Assembly (NCBI RefSeq): GCF_028368995.1
Contig: NZ_JAQNDL010000001.1
Span: 1,216,001 to 1,280,000, forward strand
Reading direction: 5' to 3'
DNA from: Nannocystis bainbridge
GTDB lineage: Bacteria > Myxococcota_A > Polyangia > Nannocystales > Nannocystaceae
DNA length: 64,000 bases
Shown here: positions 1-9,854 of the stretch, in pieces
Layout of the letters: the number at the start of each line of letters is the position of its first letter
How positions within the stretch are numbered: position 1 is the stretch's first letter
The notes under the pieces: generated by a model
The model's input: the letters and a program-made list of their open reading frames with translations, nothing else
Database searches by the model: none
Told to the model about the DNA's origin: nothing
Program-made: the position numbers and the translations under genes

Positions 1-1927
1 TGTTGGTGTCGCGTCGCCCGCTCTCGAGGATCGCACCGAGCCAGTTGGCCTTGCCGTCGATGAGGCCGAAGCGGTAGCCGTCCATCGATTGCTTGCTCAG
101 GTAGTAGATGATCTCGAGCGTGTCGAGGCGGTTGCCCTGGCGATACGCACGACCGTTGCGCTGCTCGAGATCCGAGGGCGTCCACGGCAAGTCGAGGTGG
201 TGAATGATGCAGGTACGGACCTGGAGGTCGACGCCCTCGTAGGCGACCGAGTTGGCGATGACGACGTCGTACTTCGGCGAGAGCTCGGCCGCGACGCCGC
301 CACGGAGCACGCAGCCCTCGTCCGTCTGTGGCGGCTCAGGCGGCAGGCCGTTGAACTCACGGGCGATGCGCACGCGATCGGCCGGCTTGGCGGTCTCAGC
401 GTTGAGCACCGCGATCCGCTCGCGCGGGACCCCCTGCTCGACCAGCACCTCGAGCATCCAGGCGTGGACGGCCGTCGGTTCGCAAAACACGATGTGTCCG
501 CAACTTCGCTGGGCGGCGATCCGCTGGGCGCACGCGACGAGCTTGGGCGCGCGGAAGTCGGGCGCCGGCAGCGTGCGCGTGCGGGTCTTCTTGACCTCGT
601 TGCCGTCCTCGTCCTCGGACGAGAGGATCTCGATCGACTCGCCGCCGGTCAGGGCGTTCTTCCACTTGTAGCCCTCGTCGAGCTGGCTGTGCAGCGCGAC
701 CACGCTGAGGCGCGCGAGCAGGCCGAGGATCTGGCCGCCGGCGAACTCCTTGCGCTGCTTGAGCGCGGCCTCGATCTCGCTGACGAAGCGGTCGTACTTC
801 GCGGCCTGGCGCGCATCCATGTCGACCTCGACGAGCTGAACCCGCGCGGTCGGTAGCTTAAGGCCGACGTCCTTCGCGGTGCGGAACTCGCCGTAGGTGA
901 GGATGATGTTGCGCAGCTCGTCCAGGTTCTTGAAGCCCGTCACCGCCGAGCGCTTGGTTGTCTTGAGGTCGACGCCCAGGACGTCGCGCATCTCGATCTG
1001 CAGGTAGCGATCGATGAACTGCTCGGGGTCCGAAAGGCGCGACGAGAACGCCCTCGGGTCGATCATCTGGATCAGGTTGTAGAACTCGAGCGGCGAGTTC
1101 TTCGCGGGGGTCGCGGTCAGGAGCATGATGCCGGCCCCACCGGTATTGCGGCGGACGACGGCGGCGCGGAAGTCGAGCTGCCATGCGCGTCGGCTGCCCT
1201 CGCCGGAGCCGCCCATGAACTTCGGGACCCCCGCCTCGCGCTCCTCCGGCATGTACAGGTTCTTGAAAGCCGCGGCCTCGTCCACCATGAGCATGTCGAT
1301 CCCGAGGTCGTCCCACGCGACACCGGGGTCGAACTTGTGGCCCTCGGGGAGCTCGAGGTGCTCTTGCACGAAGGCGCGGACGCCGTGTTTGAGGATCGCC
1401 TGCTGGCGCTCGCTGATCGCCACGCCGCGCTCGAGCTTGTCGCGGGCGTTGCGCTGGCGAATGGCGATCTCGCGGCGGATGCCCTCGACCTGGCGAGCGT
1501 ACTCCACCACGGCGTCCTCGTTCATTTTCGTGCGGCTGAGCGCGTCGAAGCTGAGGATGACGACGTCAGCCTGGCCTGCCTGGAATGCCTGCCACTTCTG
1601 CGCCCGATCCTCGGGGCTGTCGGTCTCCGAGGTGAGGACGTCCTTGCGCTTGCCGCGGGTGCCGCGCCTGCGGATGCTCCCGACCACCAGGACCTTGTAG
1701 CCCGGTAGGCAGCAACGGAAATCGTCGTACCACTTCCACACGAGGGAGCTCGGCACGAGCACCACCGGCCGGCGGACCCAGCCCTCCTGACGCGCTCGCG
1801 CGAGGACGGCGATACCCGTATAGGTCTTGCCGACGCCGACGTCGAACGCGAGCATGCCCCGCCGCAGCGCGAGGAGACGCCGGGCTCCGGCTACCTGATG
1901 TGGCTTCAGGGTCGGGCCATTGTCGCC
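1..1927 (-). CDS. SNF2/SF2 helicase half of a DarB-like methylase-helicase (frameshifted continuation of 1906..4296; runs off the left edge)
   Basis: Manual translation of the -1 frame gives Q-motif LKPHQ, Walker A FDVGVGKT, Ia VLVPSSL, Walker B VDEAAAFKN, motif III LLTATPAKN, V EGVDLQ and VI EQRNGRAYRQG. It is absent from the ORF track because no stop occurs before base 1. Confidence 0.9.
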
Positions 1928-4296
1928 CAGCGGGCGATGGAGAGCGGATCGCCGCTGAACTGCGGGGTGATGATGCCCTTGAATTCGCGGTTGTACGCGT
2001 CGGCGATCCGCTGGCGTCGCTCCTCGTGGTCGCGCAGCCAGTTGTAGAACGATGAGGCGTACTCCTGAGCCTTCAGCGCGCGGAGCTCGGCCTTCTTGCG
2101 CCGCGCGTCCGCGTCGTCGTCGTCGCCGTCGTCGTCGGGGTCGAAGAGGAACTTGTCGTGGTTGATCCACCCGAGGATCCACACGGTCTCCGCGGTGAGG
2201 CCGGCCAGGTCGTCGGTGGTGTTGTAGGCATGGCCCTGCACGCGGACCAGGCCGGCGACCCGCTCGAGCGCGACCGGACCGAGTTCGCGGTTGTACGTGG
2301 CGCTGAGCCATGCGGAGACGAGGTCGAGCGGGACCCACCGCTGCGACGGCGTGATGTCGCTGATGTCCTCGAAGACAGCCGGACCGATCGCCTCGAGCAG
2401 TCGGCGAGCCTGAAGCGCGGCCTGGGGATCGTCGGTCTTCGCGCGAGCGCGGTCGTACTTCGGCCACAGCTCGCCGGTGACGTAGACGTCGAGCGGGACG
2501 ACCTCGTTGTCGTGGTCGAGGTTCCAGTCCGCGGCGAGCAGGCGCGCGAGGATGGCGTCGCGGTCCTGGGCGCCGCCGACCTGGCGGTGGAACTCTACGA
2601 GCGCGGGGAGGAGCAGATGACCGCGCTGGCGGAACAGGAACTCGGCCTGAGCGAGGACGTCGTCCGGCAAGCCGGTGTAGCGCCGCGTCACCTTCGGCGG
2701 CTCCGCGATCGCCGGGGCGAGCTCGCCGGTCGGCGTGAAGGCGTTGAGGAACTGCTGCGCGCCGGTGCTGCGCTCGGCGTGGCGCCGCAGCGGCAGGTAG
2801 CGCCACGGCCCGCCCGCTTGCTGGATCTCGGCGCGCTTCGTGAAGTCGACGAGCGCCGCGCGGAGCTCGACCCACATGCCCTCGGCCCTGTCGGCGTCGT
2901 TGGCCGCGACCGCGGCGAGGTAGCGATCGATGCGCAGGCCGAGGTCCACGGCCGCGCGTAGGGGCTCGGCCAGGTCGCTGGTCTGCTCCTCCGTCGCACG
3001 GATGCCTGACTCGTAGTGGATCGGCTCCTCCGCCGCGATCGCTCCCAAGGCACAGGAGGCGCACATGGGCCGCTCCTCGAACGCGGGGATGCTCTTGAAC
3101 TCGCCAACGACCTTGTATCGCCACGGTCGCTTGGAGCTGACCGCCTCGTCGCCGAGCTCGGGGCCCTCGAGCTCGCCGGCGGGCTTGCCGAGGAGGTGCG
3201 TCGGGAAGTGCTCGTAGTACTGGCCGTCGAGGATGAATCGATCGTCCTCGTCGATCTCGGTGAGCTGGCCGCCGCGGGCGCGGAAGAACAGCACGTCGAC
3301 GACGACGGATGCGCCGGGGAAGACCTCGCGATTGTTTGGCGTGTGGCTTGGCAGGCGGAACGCGGCGGCAAGGTGGTGGCGCGCGAGGAGCTTGGCGCGG
3401 AGGTCGCGGTTGCGCTCGCCGGTGAGAAAGCCGCCCGGGACGATGAAGACGCCCAGGCCGCCGGGCACGAGCATGTCGAGCGCGCGGCGCATAAAGTAGG
3501 CGTAGGCGACGCGCTCGCGGTAGAGCGGGCTGGGATCGTCGAGGGCGAACGCGCCGCGCTCACCATAGGGCGGGTTGCTCAGGATGACGTGGAACCGCCC
3601 GGCGTACTCGCTGCCGTGCTCGCGGACGAACCGCTCGAATGGCATGTGGTGGTGCCGGACGTCGGGGCGCAGCGCGGTGAGCAGGCGCGACGTGGTCTTC
3701 GACAGCTCGACCGTCACCCACTCGATGCCCCGCACAGGGCCAGCGGGGTCGATACAATTCGGCCGGCCCATGGCGCGGAGGAAGCGGCCGATGCCGGCCG
3801 AGGGCTCGAGGATCCGCACGACGCCGTCGTGACCGGCGAGCTCGGGCAGCAGCGGGCAGACGTGCTCCGCGATCGCGTCGGCGATGGCGAGCGGGGTGAA
3901 ATAGGCGTGGATCAGCTCGAAGTCGTCGGGCTCCAGGCCCGCGGGGAGCTGGTCCTTCACTTCCTCGAGCGAGAGGCCGCCCCAGGACGAGTACGCGAGG
4001 AGCTGGCGCCGCTCACCGGGCGTGAGGTCCTCGGGCTTCTTGCTGGCGATGATGCGGAGCGCGGCGAGGTTGGCCTTGGTGCGCTGGCTCTTCGTCCACA
4101 GCTCGGGCGGATCGTCGGCGTCTTGGGTCTGCTCGGCCGTGCGAGCGCGGCGAACGGCGAGCGCGGCGTCCAGCATCTCGATGAGACCGGCGCGCTCCTC
4201 GGCGAGGAATTGATCGAAGACCCGCTGAGGGATCCGCGAGGCCATGTTCGCGCGCCACGCTGGCTCGATGAGCGCGAAGAGTTGCGCGCCGTTCAT
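1906..4296 (-). CDS. N6-adenine DNA methyltransferase half of a DarB-like methylase-helicase
   Basis: N-terminal ANLAALR...LLAYSSWGGL, YFTP, motif I ILEPSAGIGRF and motif IV ILSNPPYG. The ORF stops just after a GGG run where the helicase frame takes over. Confidence 0.9.
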   Translation of the reverse strand: MNGAQLFALIEPAWRANMASRIPQRVFDQFLAEERAGLIEMLDAALAVRRARTAEQTQDADDPPELWTKSQRTKANLAALRIIASKKPEDLTPGERRQLLAYSSWGGLSLEEVKDQLPAGLEPDDFELIHAYFTPLAIADAIAEHVCPLLPELAGHDGVVRILEPSAGIGRFLRAMGRPNCIDPAGPVRGIEWVTVELSKTTSRLLTALRPDVRHHHMPFERFVREHGSEYAGRFHVILSNPPYGERGAFALDDPSPLYRERVAYAYFMRRALDMLVPGGLGVFIVPGGFLTGERNRDLRAKLLARHHLAAAFRLPSHTPNNREVFPGASVVVDVLFFRARGGQLTEIDEDDRFILDGQYYEHFPTHLLGKPAGELEGPELGDEAVSSKRPWRYKVVGEFKSIPAFEERPMCASCALGAIAAEEPIHYESGIRATEEQTSDLAEPLRAAVDLGLRIDRYLAAVAANDADRAEGMWVELRAALVDFTKRAEIQQAGGPWRYLPLRRHAERSTGAQQFLNAFTPTGELAPAIAEPPKVTRRYTGLPDDVLAQAEFLFRQRGHLLLPALVEFHRQVGGAQDRDAILARLLAADWNLDHDNEVVPLDVYVTGELWPKYDRARAKTDDPQAALQARRLLEAIGPAVFEDISDITPSQRWVPLDLVSAWLSATYNRELGPVALERVAGLVRVQGHAYNTTDDLAGLTAETVWILGWINHDKFLFDPDDDGDDDDADARRKKAELRALKAQEYASSFYNWLRDHEERRQRIADAYNREFKGIITPQFSGDPLSIARWATMARP

Positions 4297-4847
4297 GCCT
4301 CGACCTCGCGGCCCACGGTGAGCTCGAGCGCCTCATACTCGCCCGGCTCCAGGGTCGTCGAACCTGCCGTCTCGACGGATTTGGGTTTGCCTGAACCGCT
4401 GCAACCGCAGCCGCCGACCTTGACGCCGCACGTGCCCCCGCACGCTGTGGCCATGCTCGCTAGCGTCGCGTTGAGGCTGGCAACGACCTCGCCGAGTGTC
4501 CGGCGGCCGAACAGGCGGACGGCCTTGTCCTCGCCGCCTCGAGCGAGGAAAGGGCCGTGATTGAGTCGGTCGAGCGACAGCTCACCGATGGCGGTGATGT
4601 CCTGGCGCATCAGGTCGAGCCAGTGGAGCTGGGCGTCGTCGAAGTCGCGCCCGGCGAGCGCCTGGCGGTCGAGCCACCCGTGGAACGCCCTCGCTGCTCG
4701 GCGCTCACGGACGGTCCTGGAGGCGTGGTCGAACGCTTCGCGCAGCGCCGCGCCGTCCTCCGAGAGGAACTGCGCGACGGCCGTCCGCGGGACCTGCGGT
4801 GAGAGGCTGGCCTGCCATCGTGCGAGGGTGTCGTCGAAGTCGACCAT
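4293..4847 (-). CDS. hypothetical protein; N-terminal motif shared with the DarB-like protein; Cys/Gly motif near the C-terminus
   Basis: 184-aa ORF with an ATGA overlap onto the downstream gene; motif CGGTCGVKVGGCGCSG. Confidence 0.8.
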   Translation of the reverse strand: MVDFDDTLARWQASLSPQVPRTAVAQFLSEDGAALREAFDHASRTVRERRAARAFHGWLDRQALAGRDFDDAQLHWLDLMRQDITAIGELSLDRLNHGPFLARGGEDKAVRLFGRRTLGEVVASLNATLASMATACGGTCGVKVGGCGCSGSGKPKSVETAGSTTLEPGEYEALELTVGREVEA

Positions 4848-4850
4848 GGT

Positions 4851-5678
4851 TCATTCCGCCTGCTTCATGGCCTCGACCATGGCGTCTTTGAACGAGTCGC
4901 GCAGCTCCGTGCGCAGCTCGGGGGTCAGCTCGGAGGGTCCTTCGGCCGGTTTCGTCTCGGCCGGTTTCGTTTCGGTCTCCCCTGCATCATTGGCCTGCTT
5001 CTTCGCCCTCGGCTTGGGGGGCGATCGGCGCGGAGGGTCCTTCTGCGCTGTCGTCTCGGTCGCTCCATTCTCCGTGTCGGCTCGCTTCGTCCTCGGCTTG
5101 CGGGGCGCCTGGGGCGGAGCCTCCTGCGCCGGAGCAGGACAGGCATTGTCGATCATCTCTTGCGTGAGCTTCAGTTCGGGGCGCGCAGGCAGTCCCTCAT
5201 CATGAAGGGCCTGGGCGGCTTTTTTCGCGTCGCCGAGCTTGGCGTGGCACGTGATGTGCTTCATCAAGCCGCGGCCCCAGTAAACGTAGATCGCCCAGCC
5301 GCCGCTGCTCGTCTTCAGCACGTGCAGCTCGGCGCCGCGCGACTTCGCGGCGAAGCCGTCATACCCCGCATCCACGATCGGCGCCCATTCGAGAGACGTG
5401 CCCTTCTTCGCCGGCTCCGGAGGGTGCGCGGGCGCAGGGGTTCCGGCTCTCCCCTTGCGCTCCTGGGCCGGCTTCTGGGCGGCGACCTTCGCTTTCGCGT
5501 TGGCCTCCTTCGCTTCGGTCGCCTGCTTGGGCTTGTCGTCCACCGTGTCCCCCTCGTCCTTGTCCCTCTGCTTGGAGGAGACGGAAAGGTCGCCGTTCGA
5601 CTTCTGGACGATGACACGCTCTTTGCGCTCGCCATTGTAGAGGGTCAATCGGATCGTTTCGACAGTCCACTCACTCAT
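4851..5678 (-). CDS. hypothetical Lys/Pro/Ala-rich protein with a central small beta domain
   Basis: 275-aa ORF coupled to its neighbours (8-nt overlap, 3-nt gap); basic low-complexity flanks. Confidence 0.8.
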   Translation of the reverse strand: MSEWTVETIRLTLYNGERKERVIVQKSNGDLSVSSKQRDKDEGDTVDDKPKQATEAKEANAKAKVAAQKPAQERKGRAGTPAPAHPPEPAKKGTSLEWAPIVDAGYDGFAAKSRGAELHVLKTSSGGWAIYVYWGRGLMKHITCHAKLGDAKKAAQALHDEGLPARPELKLTQEMIDNACPAPAQEAPPQAPRKPRTKRADTENGATETTAQKDPPRRSPPKPRAKKQANDAGETETKPAETKPAEGPSELTPELRTELRDSFKDAMVEAMKQAE

Positions 5679-7599
5679 ACGAACCTTCCCTTCGCGGGTC
5701 TCGAGATGATTTGCGACGGTGCCGTGCGACGCCGATCACCGCAGCGAGGGACGACAGCACCGCCGCGCCGCCGAGGACGGCGCCCCACTTGTTGGATTTC
5801 GTGTGCAACGTCGCCTCCACGACGTCGAACGGTAGGCCGCCCTGGGGCCGGAGCGGCGGCGGTAGTCGGGCCCCGCTCTCGTTTCCGTCGAGCGGCGGCT
5901 GGGCCTTGCCGGCGAGCTGGCGGCTGACCGCGGCCCGTTGCGCCTGCGTGGTCGGAACTCCGGCCTCCTTGAGCGCGGCGGCGTAGTCACGATCGATCTC
6001 GCGCGCGGTCTCGTAGTCGACGAGGAAGCGCGACGGATGCGTGAGCAGGCGCTTTCGCATCTCCATGCAATGCGTTTGGAGCGCGGTGTTTCGAAACGCA
6101 GCGTAAATCGGCTTGTCGCCGACCGCCTCTGGCCGGACGTAGGCGCAGTCGAGACTCCGAGACAAGCGGCGGCGCTGGAGCTCGGCGACCGCGCGCAGGG
6201 CTGGGATGACGATCGCCTCGTCGGCGCGCCGGTACTGCGCGAGCAAGAGCTCACCCGGAGGCCAAGGGATGCAGGTGTGGCCGCGGGCGCCGGCGTAGCG
6301 CGTCGGCGGGGGTGCGGTGTAGACCCCTGTCTTCGGGTCGCGCGAGAACTTGCGCGGGTAGTCGCCGCTCTGCTCGCTAGCCTTGCCCGCCTGAATGTCG
6401 GTGTACAGGCAGGTGGTCCACGAGCGCGGCGTCGCCAGCGTGCCCTTGGTGAAGGTCTCCTTGGTTACGAGGGGGACGGTGGTGCCGTCCGTGGCCTCGG
6501 CGCGGATGAACCCGCCCGCGTTGGTGCCGAGACGCCACTCACCGCCGACCTCGCGTGCGAGGAACGGGAGGAGCCAGTCACCGTGGCCTTGATCGAAAAC
6601 GGAGGTGTAGAGCTCAGAGAACCAGTCTCGCCAAAGGGTCTCGAGCATGACACAGTCGACTTTGTAGGCGTCGGGTCCGCCAGCAGCGATCTGCTGCCAG
6701 ACGGTCCCCGCGAGCTGTTGGAGCGATGGGAAGAAGTCGCCGGTCTGCGTGAAGTCGCCGTAGAGGTGAATCAGGGTCCCGTCGTTGTAGAACCGCAGGG
6801 CGGCGTGGGCGGGCTGTGGGCGCCCACGGTATTGCAAGATGCCTGCGACACGGAATGTACCAGGGAGGCAGCCGTAGGCGTCCATCCAAGCAACACCCTT
6901 ACCCGAAAAGGGCGCGAGGACCTGGCCGATGGAATTACCATCTTCGTCGACACCATCGGCCAAGGACCACGAACTGGTCTTTGTTGGAGGGCTGAAGAGG
7001 GCATTCCAGTCGGAGAGCCGATTGTCCACATTGAGAAACGTGCGGACAAACGCCTCATCCACTTTTTCATTATACTTGCGCCACGGCAGGATGGCACGCC
7101 TCTCGGACGGGACTGGGTCTCCCTTTAGGAGCCCCTCGAAGAGGGGAGCCAGCATTTTTCCAATCCCCACGACGATTCCGATGATCCAGCCCGCCACGGG
7201 TACAGCGGTCACGGCGTCGAGCGCAAGATCGACCGCCACGCTGGCCAAGGATGTCAAGAGCTCCACGGGATCCGTGGTCAGCGGGAAGGGTATCTCGGCG
7301 AGCACGCCCGAGATTGAGTCAGTCGTCTTGTCGAGCCAAGCTATCTTCGGCCAGACCTCGCTGAGGAGGTCACCAACCTCAGTCGCCTTGGCTTTCCAGT
7401 TGATCTGCATGGCGTGATTCCACGCCTGTGCTCCTGCCCGAGTCAGCAATGCTTGGCCGACTGTCTGAGCCCCGTCGCTCGTCGCCCGCTCAAGGAGCAT
7501 CAGAAAGGCATCATCTGCGTACGCGTCGGCAGCCGGAAACGGGCTGCTAAAGAGGTCTGGAACGCGATCAAAGAGACGATTGTTTGGGTTGATAAGCAC
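5671..7599 (-). CDS. large hypothetical protein with an internal hydrophobic hairpin and a C-terminal transmembrane anchor
   Basis: 642 aa; AGGAG RBS before GTG; hydrophobic AVPVAGWIIGIVVGIGKMLAPLF; C-terminal WGAVLGGAAVLSSLAAVIGVA followed by RHRRK. Confidence 0.85.
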   Translation of the reverse strand: MLINPNNRLFDRVPDLFSSPFPAADAYADDAFLMLLERATSDGAQTVGQALLTRAGAQAWNHAMQINWKAKATEVGDLLSEVWPKIAWLDKTTDSISGVLAEIPFPLTTDPVELLTSLASVAVDLALDAVTAVPVAGWIIGIVVGIGKMLAPLFEGLLKGDPVPSERRAILPWRKYNEKVDEAFVRTFLNVDNRLSDWNALFSPPTKTSSWSLADGVDEDGNSIGQVLAPFSGKGVAWMDAYGCLPGTFRVAGILQYRGRPQPAHAALRFYNDGTLIHLYGDFTQTGDFFPSLQQLAGTVWQQIAAGGPDAYKVDCVMLETLWRDWFSELYTSVFDQGHGDWLLPFLAREVGGEWRLGTNAGGFIRAEATDGTTVPLVTKETFTKGTLATPRSWTTCLYTDIQAGKASEQSGDYPRKFSRDPKTGVYTAPPPTRYAGARGHTCIPWPPGELLLAQYRRADEAIVIPALRAVAELQRRRLSRSLDCAYVRPEAVGDKPIYAAFRNTALQTHCMEMRKRLLTHPSRFLVDYETAREIDRDYAAALKEAGVPTTQAQRAAVSRQLAGKAQPPLDGNESGARLPPPLRPQGGLPFDVVEATLHTKSNKWGAVLGGAAVLSSLAAVIGVARHRRKSSRDPRREGSYE

Positions 7600-7601
7600 T
7601 T

Positions 7602-7955
7602 CTAATTGTACTCCTCTCCTTCACACAACATGTTGGTTGCACAAACCAACGGCGTGGCCAGGGTCTCGGGGCAGGGGTTCTCAGAGTCGCAGGCGATATG
7701 ACAAACACCGACCGCACATGTGTGCTCCCTGCTTTCGATGGGCTGGCAATCATCGGACGTCGCGCAAAGCTCTTCGCAGTAACCGAAGTAGCACGAGAGC
7801 CCCGAGGCGCAGCCGTCCGGCGTGTTGTCTGCTTCGCCGATGACGCAGGGTTCGCCGAATTCGCCGGGCTCGTTCGGGGCGGGGTCCTCCTTGCAGCCGG
7901 GGACGGCGAACAGGGCGAGGAACAGGGCCGAGGTGATGAGGGTCGTGTTGCGCAT
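7602..7955 (-). CDS. small Cys-rich lipoprotein
   Basis: Signal MRNTTLITSALFLALFAVPG-C (lipobox-like), followed by 12 more Cys in under 100 aa. Confidence 0.8.
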   Translation of the reverse strand: MRNTTLITSALFLALFAVPGCKEDPAPNEPGEFGEPCVIGEADNTPDGCASGLSCYFGYCEELCATSDDCQPIESREHTCAVGVCHIACDSENPCPETLATPLVCATNMLCEGEEYN

Positions 7956-8004
7956 GGCGGGAGCGTAGGCCAGCGCGGGTCCTCCCGTCGAGCGCGTGGC
8001 GCAC

Positions 8005-9012
8005 TCAGCCAGCACGGGCCACCTCCACCGCGTGGTTGCGCAGGCACGGGTCGGCCGAGATCACGGCGAGCTGCCGGAGCTCGGGAGACAGCGAGCCGAG
8101 GGCTCGCAGCGTCGCTCGCCGCACCGCGAAGAAGCACGCGAAGCGGCGGTTGATGTAGTTGTACGCCGAGGCCGCGAGCCGACCGCGTGTCCCGTCGAGG
8201 CCGGCGAGGGTCAGGCTGCCTTGATGCACGTGCAGGAACCCACCGCGGCGATAGAGCTGGCCAGGCGTCGCGCGGCCGGGCGGGAACGCGGGCAGACGCG
8301 CCACGAGGGGCGCGGTGTGTGTCGTGAAGTGCTCGAAGATCGCGGCGACCTGGCGCGCGTCCTGGCGGAGGTTGCCCTCGGGATCGAGCGCGCGGGCCAT
8401 GAGGCGCATGCCGTCGACCGCTGGGAAGGCCGCGCGCGAGGCCCAGCGCAGGCCGGGGCCAGTACCGTCGAGGCGGGAGTTGTAGACCCAGGGGAAGGTC
8501 CCGAGGTGCAGGACCAGCGGCGTCGTCCACCCGCAGGCGCTCTCGGCTCGCGGGGGAGGCCCCGACCAGCCGTCACCGAAGTAGCCCGGCGCGGTGTCGG
8601 GGTGGAAGGCGCGAAGCATCTGCTCGCCATCGTCGTAACAGGCTCCGGTGGGGAGCGTCGTCGGGTCGACCGAGACGCGCCAGAGGTCGCCGCGCGCGTG
8701 GACGCCGAGCTCGCGCAACACCGCCTCCTGCCCGCGCGCGTGGCTGTCCGAGAGGCCAGGGCGCGTGCGCGGCAGCCAGCGGGCGAAGGCGTCGAGGCCG
8801 GCCTGATTGGTCGCGGCCAGCCGGTCACGAACGGCTCGTAGCGGCGCGAGCGTGCCCTCGAGGTCCTGCGAGAACCCGAGTGTCTCGGCGATCGCCTGCC
8901 ACTCGAGGCGGTACCAGGCGTGAACGTCCATCGGCGAGCGGAGGTCGAAGTCGCCGACCAGGTCGGCGAGCGCCTTGATCCCGCGGCCGTAGCAGTTGAT
9001 GTCCGGTGTCAC
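8005..9012 (-). CDS. hypothetical protein (335 aa)
   Basis: GTG start in a GTGA overlap with the upstream stop and an AAGGAGG RBS; globular-looking sequence MTPDINCYGRGIKAL... Confidence 0.8.
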   Translation of the reverse strand: MTPDINCYGRGIKALADLVGDFDLRSPMDVHAWYRLEWQAIAETLGFSQDLEGTLAPLRAVRDRLAATNQAGLDAFARWLPRTRPGLSDSHARGQEAVLRELGVHARGDLWRVSVDPTTLPTGACYDDGEQMLRAFHPDTAPGYFGDGWSGPPPRAESACGWTTPLVLHLGTFPWVYNSRLDGTGPGLRWASRAAFPAVDGMRLMARALDPEGNLRQDARQVAAIFEHFTTHTAPLVARLPAFPPGRATPGQLYRRGGFLHVHQGSLTLAGLDGTRGRLAASAYNYINRRFACFFAVRRATLRALGSLSPELRQLAVISADPCLRNHAVEVARAG

Positions 9013-9854
9013 GCGACCTCCTTCGGCAGCGTGCCGACGAGGCCGGCGAGCACCGCGGGCACGCCGGGCCAGGCGGAGGCGTCGAGCTTGGGCGGGATCG
9101 TCGTCGCGTCCGTCAGATCGACGTTCAGCGCGATCGCGTCGGTGAGGAAGCGGGCCCGGACGTCGTGGTAATCCGAGCTGCCTCGTTCGTCCTTGAGCAG
9201 AGACGGGCTCGCCCAGCCGACCTTGATGTCGGCGAGATCGTCGACTCTGTAGTTCGCCAGGATTCGCTGCATGTACACAGCCGCCCCGAAGGCCGCGGCG
9301 CGCGGCTGAAAGACCAGTTCGGGCGGCGAGTTCAGCAGCGGCGCCCTTTTGCCGACCTCCGGGACGCCCGTCCACAGGAAGTACGGAGCGAGCAGTCCGA
9401 AAAGGCCGCCGCTCCCAAACTCCGCCGCCTGATCGGCATAGCGCAGCGGCGGGTTGCGGTCCTTGTTGTTCTTGTACGCCCGGCGCGAGCTGTCGCGCTC
9501 GTCTGCTTCGCCCGTCGCGTTGCCGTTGTGGGCGGCAGTGACGAAACGCGATTCGCGGTAAGAGATCACCGCGAACACGCGTGCCGACCCGGGGATCCGC
9601 GCGACCTCCTCCATCAGCATGAACAAGGGGCGAAGGTCCGTCGGCGTCTCGCCCCAATTGGTCGAGAGGTCGCCCTTCACATCGGTGGCCCTCGGGAGCG
9701 GCGCCAGGTCGACCACCGGCGAATCGGATGCCGGTGGCGGCGTCGAGGTCGGCGGAGCTGCGGCGCTGGCTCTGCGGCTCCACAGGAGCGAGCCGCCGAT
9801 CACACCGCCGACGCCGGCCAGCGTGCCGATCATAGTCCAGAGGTTGCGGCTCAT
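9009..9854 (-). CDS. signal-anchored lytic transglycosylase/lysozyme-fold-like protein
   Basis: N-terminal TM (LWTMIGTLAGVGGVIGGSLLW), Pro linker, SLT-like motif I AVISYRESRF (candidate catalytic Glu), motif II-like GGLFGLL, and FQPRAAAFGAAVYM resembling the 'P..N...G..Y' helix; ATGA overlap. Confidence 0.65.
   Translation of the reverse strand: MSRNLWTMIGTLAGVGGVIGGSLLWSRRASAAAPPTSTPPPASDSPVVDLAPLPRATDVKGDLSTNWGETPTDLRPLFMLMEEVARIPGSARVFAVISYRESRFVTAAHNGNATGEADERDSSRRAYKNNKDRNPPLRYADQAAEFGSGGLFGLLAPYFLWTGVPEVGKRAPLLNSPPELVFQPRAAAFGAAVYMQRILANYRVDDLADIKVGWASPSLLKDERGSSDYHDVRARFLTDAIALNVDLTDATTIPPKLDASAWPGVPAVLAGLVGTLPKEVA

Noticed and set aside
89-856. Plus-strand 255-aa ORF
   Set aside because: Antisense to the helicase frame, which carries all conserved motifs.
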